Positions 20,835 to 31,680 of a stretch of DNA of 64,000 bases are shown piece by piece (position 1 is the stretch's first letter; the number at the start of each line of letters is the position of its first letter). The DNA is from Nitrospirota bacterium (GTDB lineage: Bacteria; Nitrospirota; UBA9217), in assembly GCA_963790205.1 (NCBI GenBank), contig CAWBNQ010000003.1:384001-448000 (forward strand), read 5' to 3'. Position numbers and translations under genes: made by a program. The notes under the pieces are model-generated. The model made no database searches, had not been told where the DNA came from, and saw nothing but the letters and a program-made list of their open reading frames with translations.

Positions 20835-22733
20835 ATGGCAAACGAACAACCGGTAACGAGGGGAACATTGGGCCTTACGGGCCTGACCATGAACGCAATG
20901 GCGCTGATCGCACCGGGCGCGTTCCTGTGGCTGACTTTTCAAATGCAATCGTTGTACGGCGCGCCGATGGCGGGCAGCGCCATGTGGGCAGGCATTGTTC
21001 TTGCGCTGGTGCTTTGCATCGCCACCGCGATCAGCTATGCTGAATTATCGAAGCTTTACCCGGGACCCGGCTCCTCGTATCTGTATGCGGAGCAGGCGTT
21101 CCTTTCCAAAACGCACGCGTACAAGTTCGCCCGCATTGCAAAGTTCGTGACCGGGTGGGCGAGCCACCTTTACTATTGGGTGTACCCCGGGGTCATGGTC
21201 GGCGTGACCGCGCTCATCTCCGGGTATCTGTTGAACCAGTTCTTTCCGGACACCTTCAGCGGCATCTACAACAGCCCGCTGTTCATGTTCCTGTTCTGCG
21301 CCGTGTTCGCCCTCGGCGTGGCGTACATCGCCTACCGCGGGGTGACGGGCACCACGGCAGTGAACGTGGCGATCAATATCATCCAGATCTCGGCGCTTTT
21401 GATCTTCTCGGTGATCGCCATCGGCTACCGGGTCCAGCACCCGCAGGGCTCTCAGGCATTCCATCTTTCGAACGGCATTGCCGTGAACTATCAGGTAGCG
21501 CAAGTGGTGCAGAAGGACGACAAGGGCGCTCCGGTCCCGGTGATGGACGCGAACAACAAGCCGACCATGGACAAGGACGGAAAGCCGGTCTTTCAGATGC
21601 AGGACGCACTGGACGAAAAGGCTGCCATGCCGGTCATGGCCGACAAGGACGGCAAGGCCGTGACCGACCCAAAGCTTGCCGCACCATTCACCATAGACTA
21701 CACGGAGGGTGCTGTCACGAAGGACGACAAAGGGGTTGAGACGTTCAATTATCACAAGGACGCAAAATCGGTCGTTGCTCCCCACGGTTTCAGCTTCATG
21801 TTCATTCAGGCGTGTATCGCGATCCTGATCCTGGTCGGTTTCGAGTCCGTGACCGCCATGGGTGATGAGGCGAAGCACCCGAAGAAGGACATCCCGCGGG
21901 CAGTGCTCCTTTCGCTCGTTATCCAGGGCGCGGTCTGCTACCTGATCGAGTATTTTGCGGCGAACTATATGCTGAACAACGGCTACACCATACCGAACGC
22001 CGGCGCTTCGGGCGCACCGATCGGCGACATGATGGTCATCGCAGGCACCTGGCTCTTCGGCTCCTACAGCGCGGGCAGGGCATTCATGCTGGTGCAGGCT
22101 TCGACCGTGTTCCTGGCCCTGATCGGCACCACGCTCTCGTGCCTTTCCACCGGCGCGCGCGTCACCTATGCCATGGGCAGGGACGAGGAAGTGCCGTCCC
22201 ACTTCGGCATGCTGCACGGCAAGACCGCGTCGCCCCATCGGGCCATCTGGACGCTCGCGATCATCTCCGCGATCATCGGTATCATCACCGTGTCCGTGTA
22301 TCTCGGCGGCACGACGCCTGCTCCGCTTGACAAGCACAATGTCTGGTACAGCTTCGGCATTTTCTCGCCGGCCACCTATGCGGCGATGCCGAACACGCTG
22401 GTCATCATGACCTTGATCAGCAACTTCGGCACGTTCCTGCTCTATATGATCACGAACTGGATCGCGATGGTTGCCTTCAAGGAGCACAAGAGCTTCAACG
22501 GGATCAAGCATATGGCCATCCCGATCTTCGGGTTGCTCGCAAACCTGGCGTGCATGCTCTTCTATCTCATCGGTCCGTTTATGGTCAACGGCATGAGCTG
22601 GAAGGAACCATACATCGCTCTCGGCGTCTGCGCGATATGGGGCATCTACGGTGCCGTCTACTTCCTCAAGTCCAGCAAGGCAAAAGGCAGGGAGGTGCTG
22701 CTTACGAGCAAACCGGCGCATTCACACTCGTAA
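20835..22733 (+). CDS. APC-family amino acid/polyamine permease with a large inserted hydrophilic loop
   Basis: AMALIAPG, SYAELS...GSSY, GFESVTAMGDEAKHPKKDIPRA, ARVTYAMGRD. Confidence 0.9.
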   Translation: MANEQPVTRGTLGLTGLTMNAMALIAPGAFLWLTFQMQSLYGAPMAGSAMWAGIVLALVLCIATAISYAELSKLYPGPGSSYLYAEQAFLSKTHAYKFARIAKFVTGWASHLYYWVYPGVMVGVTALISGYLLNQFFPDTFSGIYNSPLFMFLFCAVFALGVAYIAYRGVTGTTAVNVAINIIQISALLIFSVIAIGYRVQHPQGSQAFHLSNGIAVNYQVAQVVQKDDKGAPVPVMDANNKPTMDKDGKPVFQMQDALDEKAAMPVMADKDGKAVTDPKLAAPFTIDYTEGAVTKDDKGVETFNYHKDAKSVVAPHGFSFMFIQACIAILILVGFESVTAMGDEAKHPKKDIPRAVLLSLVIQGAVCYLIEYFAANYMLNNGYTIPNAGASGAPIGDMMVIAGTWLFGSYSAGRAFMLVQASTVFLALIGTTLSCLSTGARVTYAMGRDEEVPSHFGMLHGKTASPHRAIWTLAIISAIIGIITVSVYLGGTTPAPLDKHNVWYSFGIFSPATYAAMPNTLVIMTLISNFGTFLLYMITNWIAMVAFKEHKSFNGIKHMAIPIFGLLANLACMLFYLIGPFMVNGMSWKEPYIALGVCAIWGIYGAVYFLKSSKAKGREVLLTSKPAHSHS

Positions 22734-22760
22734 CAGACGTGTCTCGACAAAAAGCAAGCC

Positions 22761-22795
22761 AGGACGGTCATCCGCGAGGGTGGCCGTCCTTTTTT
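22761..22795 (+). terminator. Intrinsic terminator after the APC permease
   Basis: aggacggtca/tggccgtcct stem followed by a T run. Confidence 0.75.
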
Positions 22796-22827
22796 CTACT
22801 CGATGATTTTGTAAAAAATCACCTGCC

Positions 22828-22948
22828 GTCATTGCGAGGAGCGGAGTGACGAAGCAATCCCGGTTTTCAAAATGATGAGAACTGAGAGATTGCGGAGTTT
22901 ATCCCGAGCCATAAAACGAGATTGCTTCGCCTTCGTCTCGCAATGACA
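22828..22948. repeat. REP-like palindromic element
   Basis: gtcattgcgag...gaagcaatc and gattgcttc...ctcgcaatgac form inverted arms. Confidence 0.7.
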
Positions 22949-23014
22949 CCTTTTCGGATTTATTACCAATGTATAACGCTTTTAATTTTACAAAAAAAAT
23001 GTTAAAGTGATTTT

Positions 23015-24814
23015 ATGGAACTTATCTACGCTGAACTTTCATCACCCGGACCGGCCCGCGAGAACAACGAGGATTTCGTCGGCTCCTGGCAGCCTCAAAC
23101 GCTGGAAGAAAAACGCAGCCGCGGCGCGGTCGCGATCCTGGCCGACGGCGTCGGCGGCATGGAACGCGGCGAAGTGGCAAGCCGCCTGGCCGTGGAGACG
23201 GCCCTGAAGACGTTCCAGGAGGCCCGCGGGGAGCAGACCCCGCAGCAGCTCATCACGCAGATGTTCAACGCGGCCAATCTTGCGGTCTACGACAAGGGCA
23301 TGGAGAACCACGGCAAGGCCCGCATGGCGACGACCCTGGCCGTCGTCGTGCTGCGGAACAACGAGATCACGGTGGGCAACGTGGGGGACTCGCGCGTTTA
23401 TCTCGTCAGGAAGGCGACGATCAAGCAGCTTTCCACGGACCATACCTACACCGGCATGCAGCAGAAGTTCGGGCTCATTTCCGAGCAGGAGGCAAAGACC
23501 AGCGACAAACGTTCCGTCCTGACCCGCAGCGTGGGGCAGGAGCCCGTGATCCGCGTGGATGTCGAGAATGCCACGGTGTTCAAAGGCGACAAGGTCGTGC
23601 TGTGCTCCGACGGGCTGTACGCGCACGTGGCGGACAGCGAGATCGCGGAGATCGTGTCGCGCCTTTCCCCGGCACAGGCCTGCCGTCAGCTCGTGGCCCT
23701 GGCGGAGCAGCGCGGCACCGACGACAATCTTTCGGTGCAGGTCGTGCAGATCAACGAGGTCGAGAAGGTCTCGTTATACCGCGGCGTGGCCATGTATCAG
23801 GAAACAGCGGACCCGACGACGAAGTACGAGCTCCGGCCCGGACAGGTCCTGGACAACCGTTTTCAGATCCTCGAAACCATCTCCCGGAGCGGCATGGCCA
23901 CCATCTTCAAGGCCACGGACCTGAACACCAAGCTGACCGTGGCGATCAAGGTGCCGCTCCTGCAGTACGAGAGCGACCCCGGCTTTTACTCGCGGTTCCA
24001 GCGCGAGGAGGAGATCGGGAGCCGCCTGAACCATCCCTCTATCCTGAAATTTTACCCCGTGCCCGAGGAGCTTCGCACCCGTCCCTACATCGTGACCGAG
24101 TATCTCCGCGGCTACACGCTTTCTTACCTGCTCACCAGCGTACGGCCGATGCCGGAAAAAGACGCGCTCAGGCTGGCCAGTCTCGTGTGCGAGGCATTAG
24201 AGTACATGCACGGACAGGGCGTGGTCCACCGGGACCTGAAGCCCCAGAACATCATGCTCTGCAACGACGGCACGATCCGGATCATGGACTTCGGCATTGC
24301 CAAGGCCGCGGGCAGGCGGATGACCTTTCCCGGCTTCACTCCGGCCGTGGGTACTCCCGATTACATGGCCCCCGAGCAGGTGAAGGGGAAGCGCGGGGAC
24401 GAGCGGACCGACATCTACAGCCTCGGCGCCATGCTCTATGAAATGGTCGTGGGCGTGCCGCCGTTCCAGTGCGAGACCGACAACCCCCTCGTGATCATGA
24501 ACGCCCGCGTCGAAGGCGACCCCATTGCCCCGCGGAAACGCAATCCGAAGGTCTCTCCGCAGATCGAGGAGATCATCCTCCACGCCATGGAGCGCGATCC
24601 CCGGAAGCGTTATCAAGCAGCCGCTGCAATGAAGGCGGAGCTGGATGCCCCGGCTATGGTGCAACTTACCAACAGGTGCGACCGGCTCCAGGAGCCGGCG
24701 CCGGGAAAGCGCGGGTTGAAGAAAGCGCTCTGGATTGCGCTGGGAATCTTGATCCCGCTCATCATTTTCATCTTGCTCGTGTTACTGATCATTCATCGCG
24801 GTCCCGCTCATTAA
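23015..24814 (+). CDS. Bifunctional PP2C phosphatase / Hanks-type Ser/Thr kinase with C-terminal TM helix
   Basis: NNED, ADGVGG, GDSR, SDGL, DN (PP2C); AIK, HRDLKPQN, DFG, GTPDYMAPE (kinase). Confidence 0.93.
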   Translation: MELIYAELSSPGPARENNEDFVGSWQPQTLEEKRSRGAVAILADGVGGMERGEVASRLAVETALKTFQEARGEQTPQQLITQMFNAANLAVYDKGMENHGKARMATTLAVVVLRNNEITVGNVGDSRVYLVRKATIKQLSTDHTYTGMQQKFGLISEQEAKTSDKRSVLTRSVGQEPVIRVDVENATVFKGDKVVLCSDGLYAHVADSEIAEIVSRLSPAQACRQLVALAEQRGTDDNLSVQVVQINEVEKVSLYRGVAMYQETADPTTKYELRPGQVLDNRFQILETISRSGMATIFKATDLNTKLTVAIKVPLLQYESDPGFYSRFQREEEIGSRLNHPSILKFYPVPEELRTRPYIVTEYLRGYTLSYLLTSVRPMPEKDALRLASLVCEALEYMHGQGVVHRDLKPQNIMLCNDGTIRIMDFGIAKAAGRRMTFPGFTPAVGTPDYMAPEQVKGKRGDERTDIYSLGAMLYEMVVGVPPFQCETDNPLVIMNARVEGDPIAPRKRNPKVSPQIEEIILHAMERDPRKRYQAAAAMKAELDAPAMVQLTNRCDRLQEPAPGKRGLKKALWIALGILIPLIIFILLVLLIIHRGPAH

Positions 24815-24868
24815 TCCCATTTGCACTTCCCTGGTTCCTATATTCAGTTAGCTCAATAGTTTATTCCA

Positions 24869-25014
24869 TGCCCATTTATTAATCATGCGCCTACAATTTC
24901 ATCTCTCGTGAAGGAAGAGAAGGCCCTGCTGCCTGGTGGGTTATCAATTTTGCGCAATGAAATTAGTCGTTTTACCGGTTTTCTATTCCAGTCGAGCGTG
25001 GCACGGGCTTTGCT
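24869..25014 (+). promoter_or_regulatory. Sigma54 promoter with tandem enhancer (PII-SMR-Amt-PII operon)
   Basis: TGGCACgggctTTGCT at 24999-25014; TGCCCATTTATTAATCA from 24869. Confidence 0.85.
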
Positions 25015-25122
25015 TTAACTGATGTTGAGATGAAGAGAGAAGCGGTGGCAGTGATCGGGGCCTGCCGACGGTAAGGGACGCAAGTTCGTGGTTTTAAAAA
25101 ACGGAAGAAAAGGAGATTCATT

Positions 25123-25461
25123 ATGAAAAGGATCGAAGCGATTATACGTCCGGAGAAGGCTTCCGCGGTATGCGCCGCTTTGGACGACGCGGGCCATCCC
25201 GGTGTGACGCTCTCTCATGTCGAGGGCCAGGGAGATCAAAAAAAGTGGGTCAATCACGTCCGCGGCATATCATATAAAGTAGGCTTGCTGAGCAAAACGA
25301 GGGTGGAAGTAGTCGTAAAAGACGAAGACACGGACAAGATCATCAAAGCCATACGTGACGCCGCGTTGACCGGCGAGGTGGGCGACGGTAAGATCTTCGT
25401 CCATGATATGGCCAATGCCATACGGATAAGGACCAACGAAAGCGGCATAGCGGCACTATAA
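25123..25461 (+). CDS. PII-family nitrogen regulator with divergent T-loop
   Basis: [28 protein letters not shown]. Confidence 0.9.
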   Translation: MKRIEAIIRPEKASAVCAALDDAGHPGVTLSHVEGQGDQKKWVNHVRGISYKVGLLSKTRVEVVVKDEDTDKIIKAIRDAALTGEVGDGKIFVHDMANAIRIRTNESGIAAL

Positions 25462-25569
25462 ACGCGCTTCGTCGTGCCGGTAAGTTCTCCAGCACGATGA
25501 AACGATCTTTTGAAATAGGTATAATAAATAATAAAGAAAGGATTCCAGTTTTCTGAAGGAAATTCTCAT

Positions 25570-25899
25570 ATGACCTATCTTGCTTGGCTCATTTTCATCG
25601 CTGCGGCAGTTCTGGAGGTCGGCGGCGATGCCGTCGTCCGCAAGGGGCTTCGCGGAAGCGGCCTCATTATCATTATGATCGGTTTCGCCATGCTGGGCTG
25701 CTACGGCGTGGTGGTCAACATGGTGAAATGGGATTTTTCGAAAATGCTGGGAGTGTATGTCGCGATCTTTGCGCTTATCAGCATACTGTTCGGACGTTTC
25801 GTGTTCAAGGAAGCCGTTCCGGCCGCTACGTGGATAGGATTGACGGTTATTATCAGCGGCGGAATGATTATTCAGTTCGGGGACAAGATCAAGATATAG
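25570..25899 (+). CDS. Four-TM SMR/YnfA-like small membrane protein
   Basis: 109 aa, four hydrophobic helices, Glu in TM1 (AAVLEVGG). Confidence 0.7.
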   Translation: MTYLAWLIFIAAAVLEVGGDAVVRKGLRGSGLIIIMIGFAMLGCYGVVVNMVKWDFSKMLGVYVAIFALISILFGRFVFKEAVPAATWIGLTVIISGGMIIQFGDKIKI

Positions 25900-25915
25900 C
25901 GGCGAAGGATAAAGT

Positions 25916-27522
<1,607 letters not shown>

Positions 27523-27565
27523 GAGTCCCCCCATTATCCTCCCTGAATATGAGGGGCGCAACAAA

Positions 27566-27599
27566 GGCCGGCATGAGCTCTCATGCCGGCCCGCTTTTT
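27566..27599. terminator. Terminator between convergent PII and rubrerythrin genes
   Basis: ggccggcatgag/ctcatgccggcc hairpin. Confidence 0.7.
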
Positions 27600-27626
27600 G
27601 GGTCTAACGGAGTAATGGTTTTCGTT

Positions 27627-28121
27627 TTAGGCCATTTTTTTGAATGCCTGCTTTTTCGCCTTGCAGACCGGGCAGTCATCCGGCGCTTCGCCCTCCGCGG
27701 TATAGCCGCAGACCGAGCAGACGTAGTAGTCCGTGACCGTGTTCTGGCCGAGGCTTTCAAGGGCCTTCTGGTAGAGCGCGGCATGGACCTTTTCCACTTC
27801 GTTGGCGAGCGTAAAGCTCCTTAAAGCGTTCTTGGCCGCCTCGTCCGTGGCGTCGGCGATCATCTGCGGGTACATCTTCTGATATTCGTAGTTCTCTCCG
27901 CTGATGGCGGCGATCAGGTTGTCTTTCGTGGACTTGATGCCATCGAGCGCGCGCAAGTGGTTGTGCGCGTGCACCGTCTCGGCCTCGGCCGCGGCCCTGA
28001 ATAATTTTGCAACCTGTTGGTAGCCTTCCATCTCAGCCTTGTGCGCAAAGGCCAAATACCTTCTGTTCGCCTGAGACTCTCCGGCAAATGCGTTCTGCAG
28101 GTTCTGCTCGGTTTTCGACAT
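27627..28121 (-). CDS. rbr: Rubrerythrin
   Basis: AFAGESQANRRY, AETVHA, EKVH, C-terminal CSVCG...CPVC. Confidence 0.93.
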   Translation of the reverse strand: MSKTEQNLQNAFAGESQANRRYLAFAHKAEMEGYQQVAKLFRAAAEAETVHAHNHLRALDGIKSTKDNLIAAISGENYEYQKMYPQMIADATDEAAKNALRSFTLANEVEKVHAALYQKALESLGQNTVTDYYVCSVCGYTAEGEAPDDCPVCKAKKQAFKKMA

Positions 28122-28239
28122 CGTTGTGGTCCTCCTCGATATGTTTTTATCAACGTCTTTGGGGTATAATGATAAGCATAGCAGAAATCCGCGCAAGGTT
28201 ATGCAAACCCCTGCTTGTTTATAAGGGAGGCTTTCGGGG

Positions 28240-28431
28240 TCAATGGAGCGTCCCTTCCCGTTCAAAGATCTTGTGATTGCAAAAAATGCAGACCGTTTCC
28301 CGCTCTTCCGACCAGAGCGCTATCTCACCGCCGCATTTGGGACAGACCGCGATGAGCTCCTGGCCCATATCGATCCGCACACCGATGCCGAGCGTTTGTT
28401 TCCCTTTAGGCGATAACCTTTTCTCTTTCAT
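28240..28431 (-). CDS. Small zinc-ribbon protein
   Basis: CPKCG...CIFC; start overlaps the upstream gene. Confidence 0.65.
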   Translation of the reverse strand: MKEKRLSPKGKQTLGIGVRIDMGQELIAVCPKCGGEIALWSEERETVCIFCNHKIFEREGTLH

Positions 28432-28861
28432 GGGCCTTCCTCCATCCTTCCTGTGCGAGGCGCTCCATCCGCTTGATTCCCCAGTTCCTGAACTCTTCGA
28501 AATATTTCTTTCGGTCCGTTGCGGCGAGTTTTACCAGCGCTTCCCGCTCTCTGGCGGAATCGATATGATCATTCGGATAGACGCCTTTCCAGGCGCAGTA
28601 TCCTTCGTCGAAAAGGAATTCGGGGCTGATGACCGCGCCGCCACGGGCAATCTTCTGCATCATGAAGCGCGCAATATCCATATCGTATTCGATGATCCAC
28701 CCATTGTCGAAAAGCATGGTTTCCGGATCGAAAGCAGTATTCGTGGAGCAGACAGGACAGAACAGCCTCCGTACGGCCTCGACCGGCAGGATACTGTCTT
28801 TGGTATGGAAGCTCGCGCTGTTGTTGCCGCAGGTACAGGTGATCTTATGCTCTACGCACAT
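28406..28861 (-). CDS. Cys-motif hypothetical protein in the PerR-rubrerythrin operon
   Basis: CTCG and CPVC motifs, RBS aggagg, overlaps both neighbours. Confidence 0.7.
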   Translation of the reverse strand: MCVEHKITCTCGNNSASFHTKDSILPVEAVRRLFCPVCSTNTAFDPETMLFDNGWIIEYDMDIARFMMQKIARGGAVISPEFLFDEGYCAWKGVYPNDHIDSAREREALVKLAATDRKKYFEEFRNWGIKRMERLAQEGWRKAHEREKVIA

Positions 28862-29285
28862 TTGCCGCCTCCTTGTTCAGGTGTCGTTTGTCCGTTTCCT
28901 TGCAGCCGGTGCAAACCCCGTAAAACTCAACGTGATTGTTCACTACGGTAAAATTTCGTTTCATGCTTTCCGGCAGTTCGGGGTCATGGTCAATTTGAAC
29001 ATCCACGACTTTTTTGCAGGCCATACAAATCAAATGGCTGTGGTGTCCGGTGTCGGGGTCATAGCGTTTCTTCGCCGGATCGATCGTCAGCTCCCGCACG
29101 CCACCCTTGTCCTTGAGCGCACCCAGCGTGTTGTACACGGTCGCAAAGGACATGGTCGGGAACCTTTTTAAAACCGCTTTATAGATCTCCTCCGCTGAGG
29201 GATGGTCTTTGTTATTGTCGAGATAATCGAAGATCGCCATCCGCTGGGGTGTCAGCTTTAATCCTATGTTCCGGTATTTGTCCAT
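28845..29285 (-). CDS. perR: Fur-family regulator, probably PerR
   Basis: LTPQR, HPSAEEIY, ATVYNTL, HHSHLICMAC, CTGC; linked to rubrerythrin. Confidence 0.82.
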   Translation of the reverse strand: MDKYRNIGLKLTPQRMAIFDYLDNNKDHPSAEEIYKAVLKRFPTMSFATVYNTLGALKDKGGVRELTIDPAKKRYDPDTGHHSHLICMACKKVVDVQIDHDPELPESMKRNFTVVNNHVEFYGVCTGCKETDKRHLNKEAANVRRA

Positions 29286-29294
29286 TGCCCGCAC

Positions 29295-29335
29295 TAATTA
29301 ATAATAATTCTAAACTAATAAGTATTATTTGTCAA
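29295..29335 (-). promoter_or_regulatory. Sigma70 promoter of perR with an AT-rich putative operator
   Basis: TTGACA-17-TAGAAT on the minus strand. Confidence 0.7.
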
Positions 29336-29417
29336 GATAAAATTATATGCTGATCTGGCCGGCGCGCTCCGGGATGCGCCGATAGTATGCCGAACAGGCG
29401 GACGTTGGATATGCTCC

Positions 29418-29566
29418 TGCTCATGTTTTGGTCACGTGCCTAAAATAATGTCTGCTTTTCCCCGGTGCCGGCATTATGCCATCTTCTTGGGCGTTAATGC
29501 GGATCAATAATATCAATCAGTTAGCAGCGTGCTCATTCACTGTGGAAAGTTGGCACGGGCCTTGCT
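29418..29566 (+). promoter_or_regulatory. Sigma54 promoter with tandem enhancer (glnK-amtB)
   Basis: TGGCACgggccTTGCT at 29551-29566; TGCTCATGTTTTGGTCA-cg-TGCCT from 29418. Confidence 0.85.
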
Positions 29567-29572
29567 TATTAA

Positions 29573-29968
<396 letters not shown>

Positions 29969-30080
29969 CGCGGGGGCCTCGCGCCAAGCATCAAACACGA
30001 AATTTCAAACGTTTCGGTAATTGAGATTTGTCGTTTGGAGCCTATTTGGAATTTGAAATTTTATTCAGGGAGGAATGAAC

Positions 30081-31427
30081 ATGAATGGATTTGGACTCAA
30101 AACAGCGGCAATGCTCGTTCTGATCATTGTTGCGGTACTTGCCGTTGCACCGGCAATCATCATGGCCCAGGAAGCCGCGCCCGCGGCAGCAAGCGCTCCG
30201 GCAGCGGCCGCGCCCAAGATCGATACGGGCGACACGGCATGGATGATCGTGGCGACGGCACTGGTCATGCTCATGTCGATACCCGGCCTGGCGCTCTTTT
30301 ACGGCGGCCTCGCCAAGAGAAAAGACTCGCTCAACACCATGGCCATGACCTTTGTCACGTTCTGCATCGTGAGCGTGCTGTGGGTCGTTTATGGCTATTC
30401 ATTTTCCTTTGTCGGCGACGTCCGGGGGCTCATTGGAAATGCATCGCGGTTGTTCTTGAAAGGCATCGGGCCAAACAGCATTTCGGACGCGGCAAAAACG
30501 ATCCCGGAGTACATCTTTATCGCGTACCAGCTCACCTTTGCGGCGATCACCGTGGCCCTGGCCTCCGGCGCCTACATCGAGCGCATGAAGTTCTCAGCCT
30601 GGCTCCTCTTCTCCGTGATCTGGATGACCGTGGTATATCTCCCCGTGGCGCATTGGGTATGGGGAGGCGGGTTCCTGGCAAAGCTGGGGGCGCTTGACTT
30701 CGCGGGTGGAACGGTCGTACACATCAACGCCGGCATCGCTGCGCTTGTGGGGGCCTTGATGCTCGGGAAGCGTCGTGAAAAGGCGATCATGCCCGGCAAC
30801 CTCACGCTCGTGGTGACCGGCGCGGGTCTTCTGTGGTTCGGCTGGTTCGGTTTCAACGCAGGCTCTGCTTTGGCTGCGAGCGGCCTGGCAGGAGCGGCCT
30901 TCATCAACACCAACACGGCAACGGCCGTGGCGGCCCTCGCGTGGATGGTCGTCGAATGGATGCACTCCGGCAAACCCACGGTGCTCGGGCTCGCTTCGGG
31001 AGCGGTCGGCGGGCTGGTGGCCATCACCCCGGCGGCCGGGTACGTGAACATCTCCGGCGCCATCATCATCGGCATTGCTGCCGGTGTGATACCCTTCTTT
31101 GCCGTGGCGAAGATGAAGCCCTACTTCGGATATGACGACACGCTCGACGCCTTCGGCATCCACGGCGTCGGCGGGACCATCGGCGCGATCCTGACCGGTG
31201 TCTTCGCGGACCCGGCGATCAATGGGGCAAAGGGCCTTCTCTACGGCAATCCCGGCCAGCTCTGGACGCAGCTCATTGCGGTGGCCGTTACGCTGGTGTA
31301 CAGCGGCGTCATGACCTTTATCATCTTCACGGTGCTTAAAGCGGTCGTTGGCATACGGGTCGACGGCGAGGAAGAGTATGTCGGGCTCGATGAAAGCCAG
31401 CATGGAGAAAAGGCATATAACCTGTAA
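30081..31427 (+). CDS. amtB: Ammonium transporter AmtB
   Basis: DTGDTAW, PGLALFYGG, DFAGGTVVH, WFGWFGFNAGS, DDTLDAFGIHG. Confidence 0.95.
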   Translation: MNGFGLKTAAMLVLIIVAVLAVAPAIIMAQEAAPAAASAPAAAAPKIDTGDTAWMIVATALVMLMSIPGLALFYGGLAKRKDSLNTMAMTFVTFCIVSVLWVVYGYSFSFVGDVRGLIGNASRLFLKGIGPNSISDAAKTIPEYIFIAYQLTFAAITVALASGAYIERMKFSAWLLFSVIWMTVVYLPVAHWVWGGGFLAKLGALDFAGGTVVHINAGIAALVGALMLGKRREKAIMPGNLTLVVTGAGLLWFGWFGFNAGSALAASGLAGAAFINTNTATAVAALAWMVVEWMHSGKPTVLGLASGAVGGLVAITPAAGYVNISGAIIIGIAAGVIPFFAVAKMKPYFGYDDTLDAFGIHGVGGTIGAILTGVFADPAINGAKGLLYGNPGQLWTQLIAVAVTLVYSGVMTFIIFTVLKAVVGIRVDGEEEYVGLDESQHGEKAYNL

Positions 31428-31481
31428 GCAGTGCATGGTAATCAGGCAGCATGATTTTTAAACAAGGCGTGAGACAATTAT

Positions 31482-31631
31482 TGCCCATTTATTAATCATG
31501 TGCCCAAAAGCTCATCACGAAATGGATTTATGAACGGCCATACCTGACCTGGTATTGCGTATAAGAGGTTAATGAATTCAATGCGTTTTAAACAGGCATT
31601 CTTGTGCCATGACTATGGCATGAGCATTGCT
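31482..31631 (+). promoter_or_regulatory. Sigma54 promoter with tandem enhancer (second amtB)
   Basis: TGGCATgagcaTTGCT at 31616-31631; TGCCCATTTATTAATCA from 31482. Confidence 0.82.
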
Positions 31632-31680
31632 TAATATTAAAACACATGATGAAATCATGCACACTCTTATCAGAGGAGGT

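Noticed and set aside
21045..22721. Long antisense ORFs (also 31588-32997, 33357-34889, 34489-36213, 57160-58062)
   Set aside because: Shadows of well-supported genes in GC-rich, codon-biased DNA; no motifs of their own
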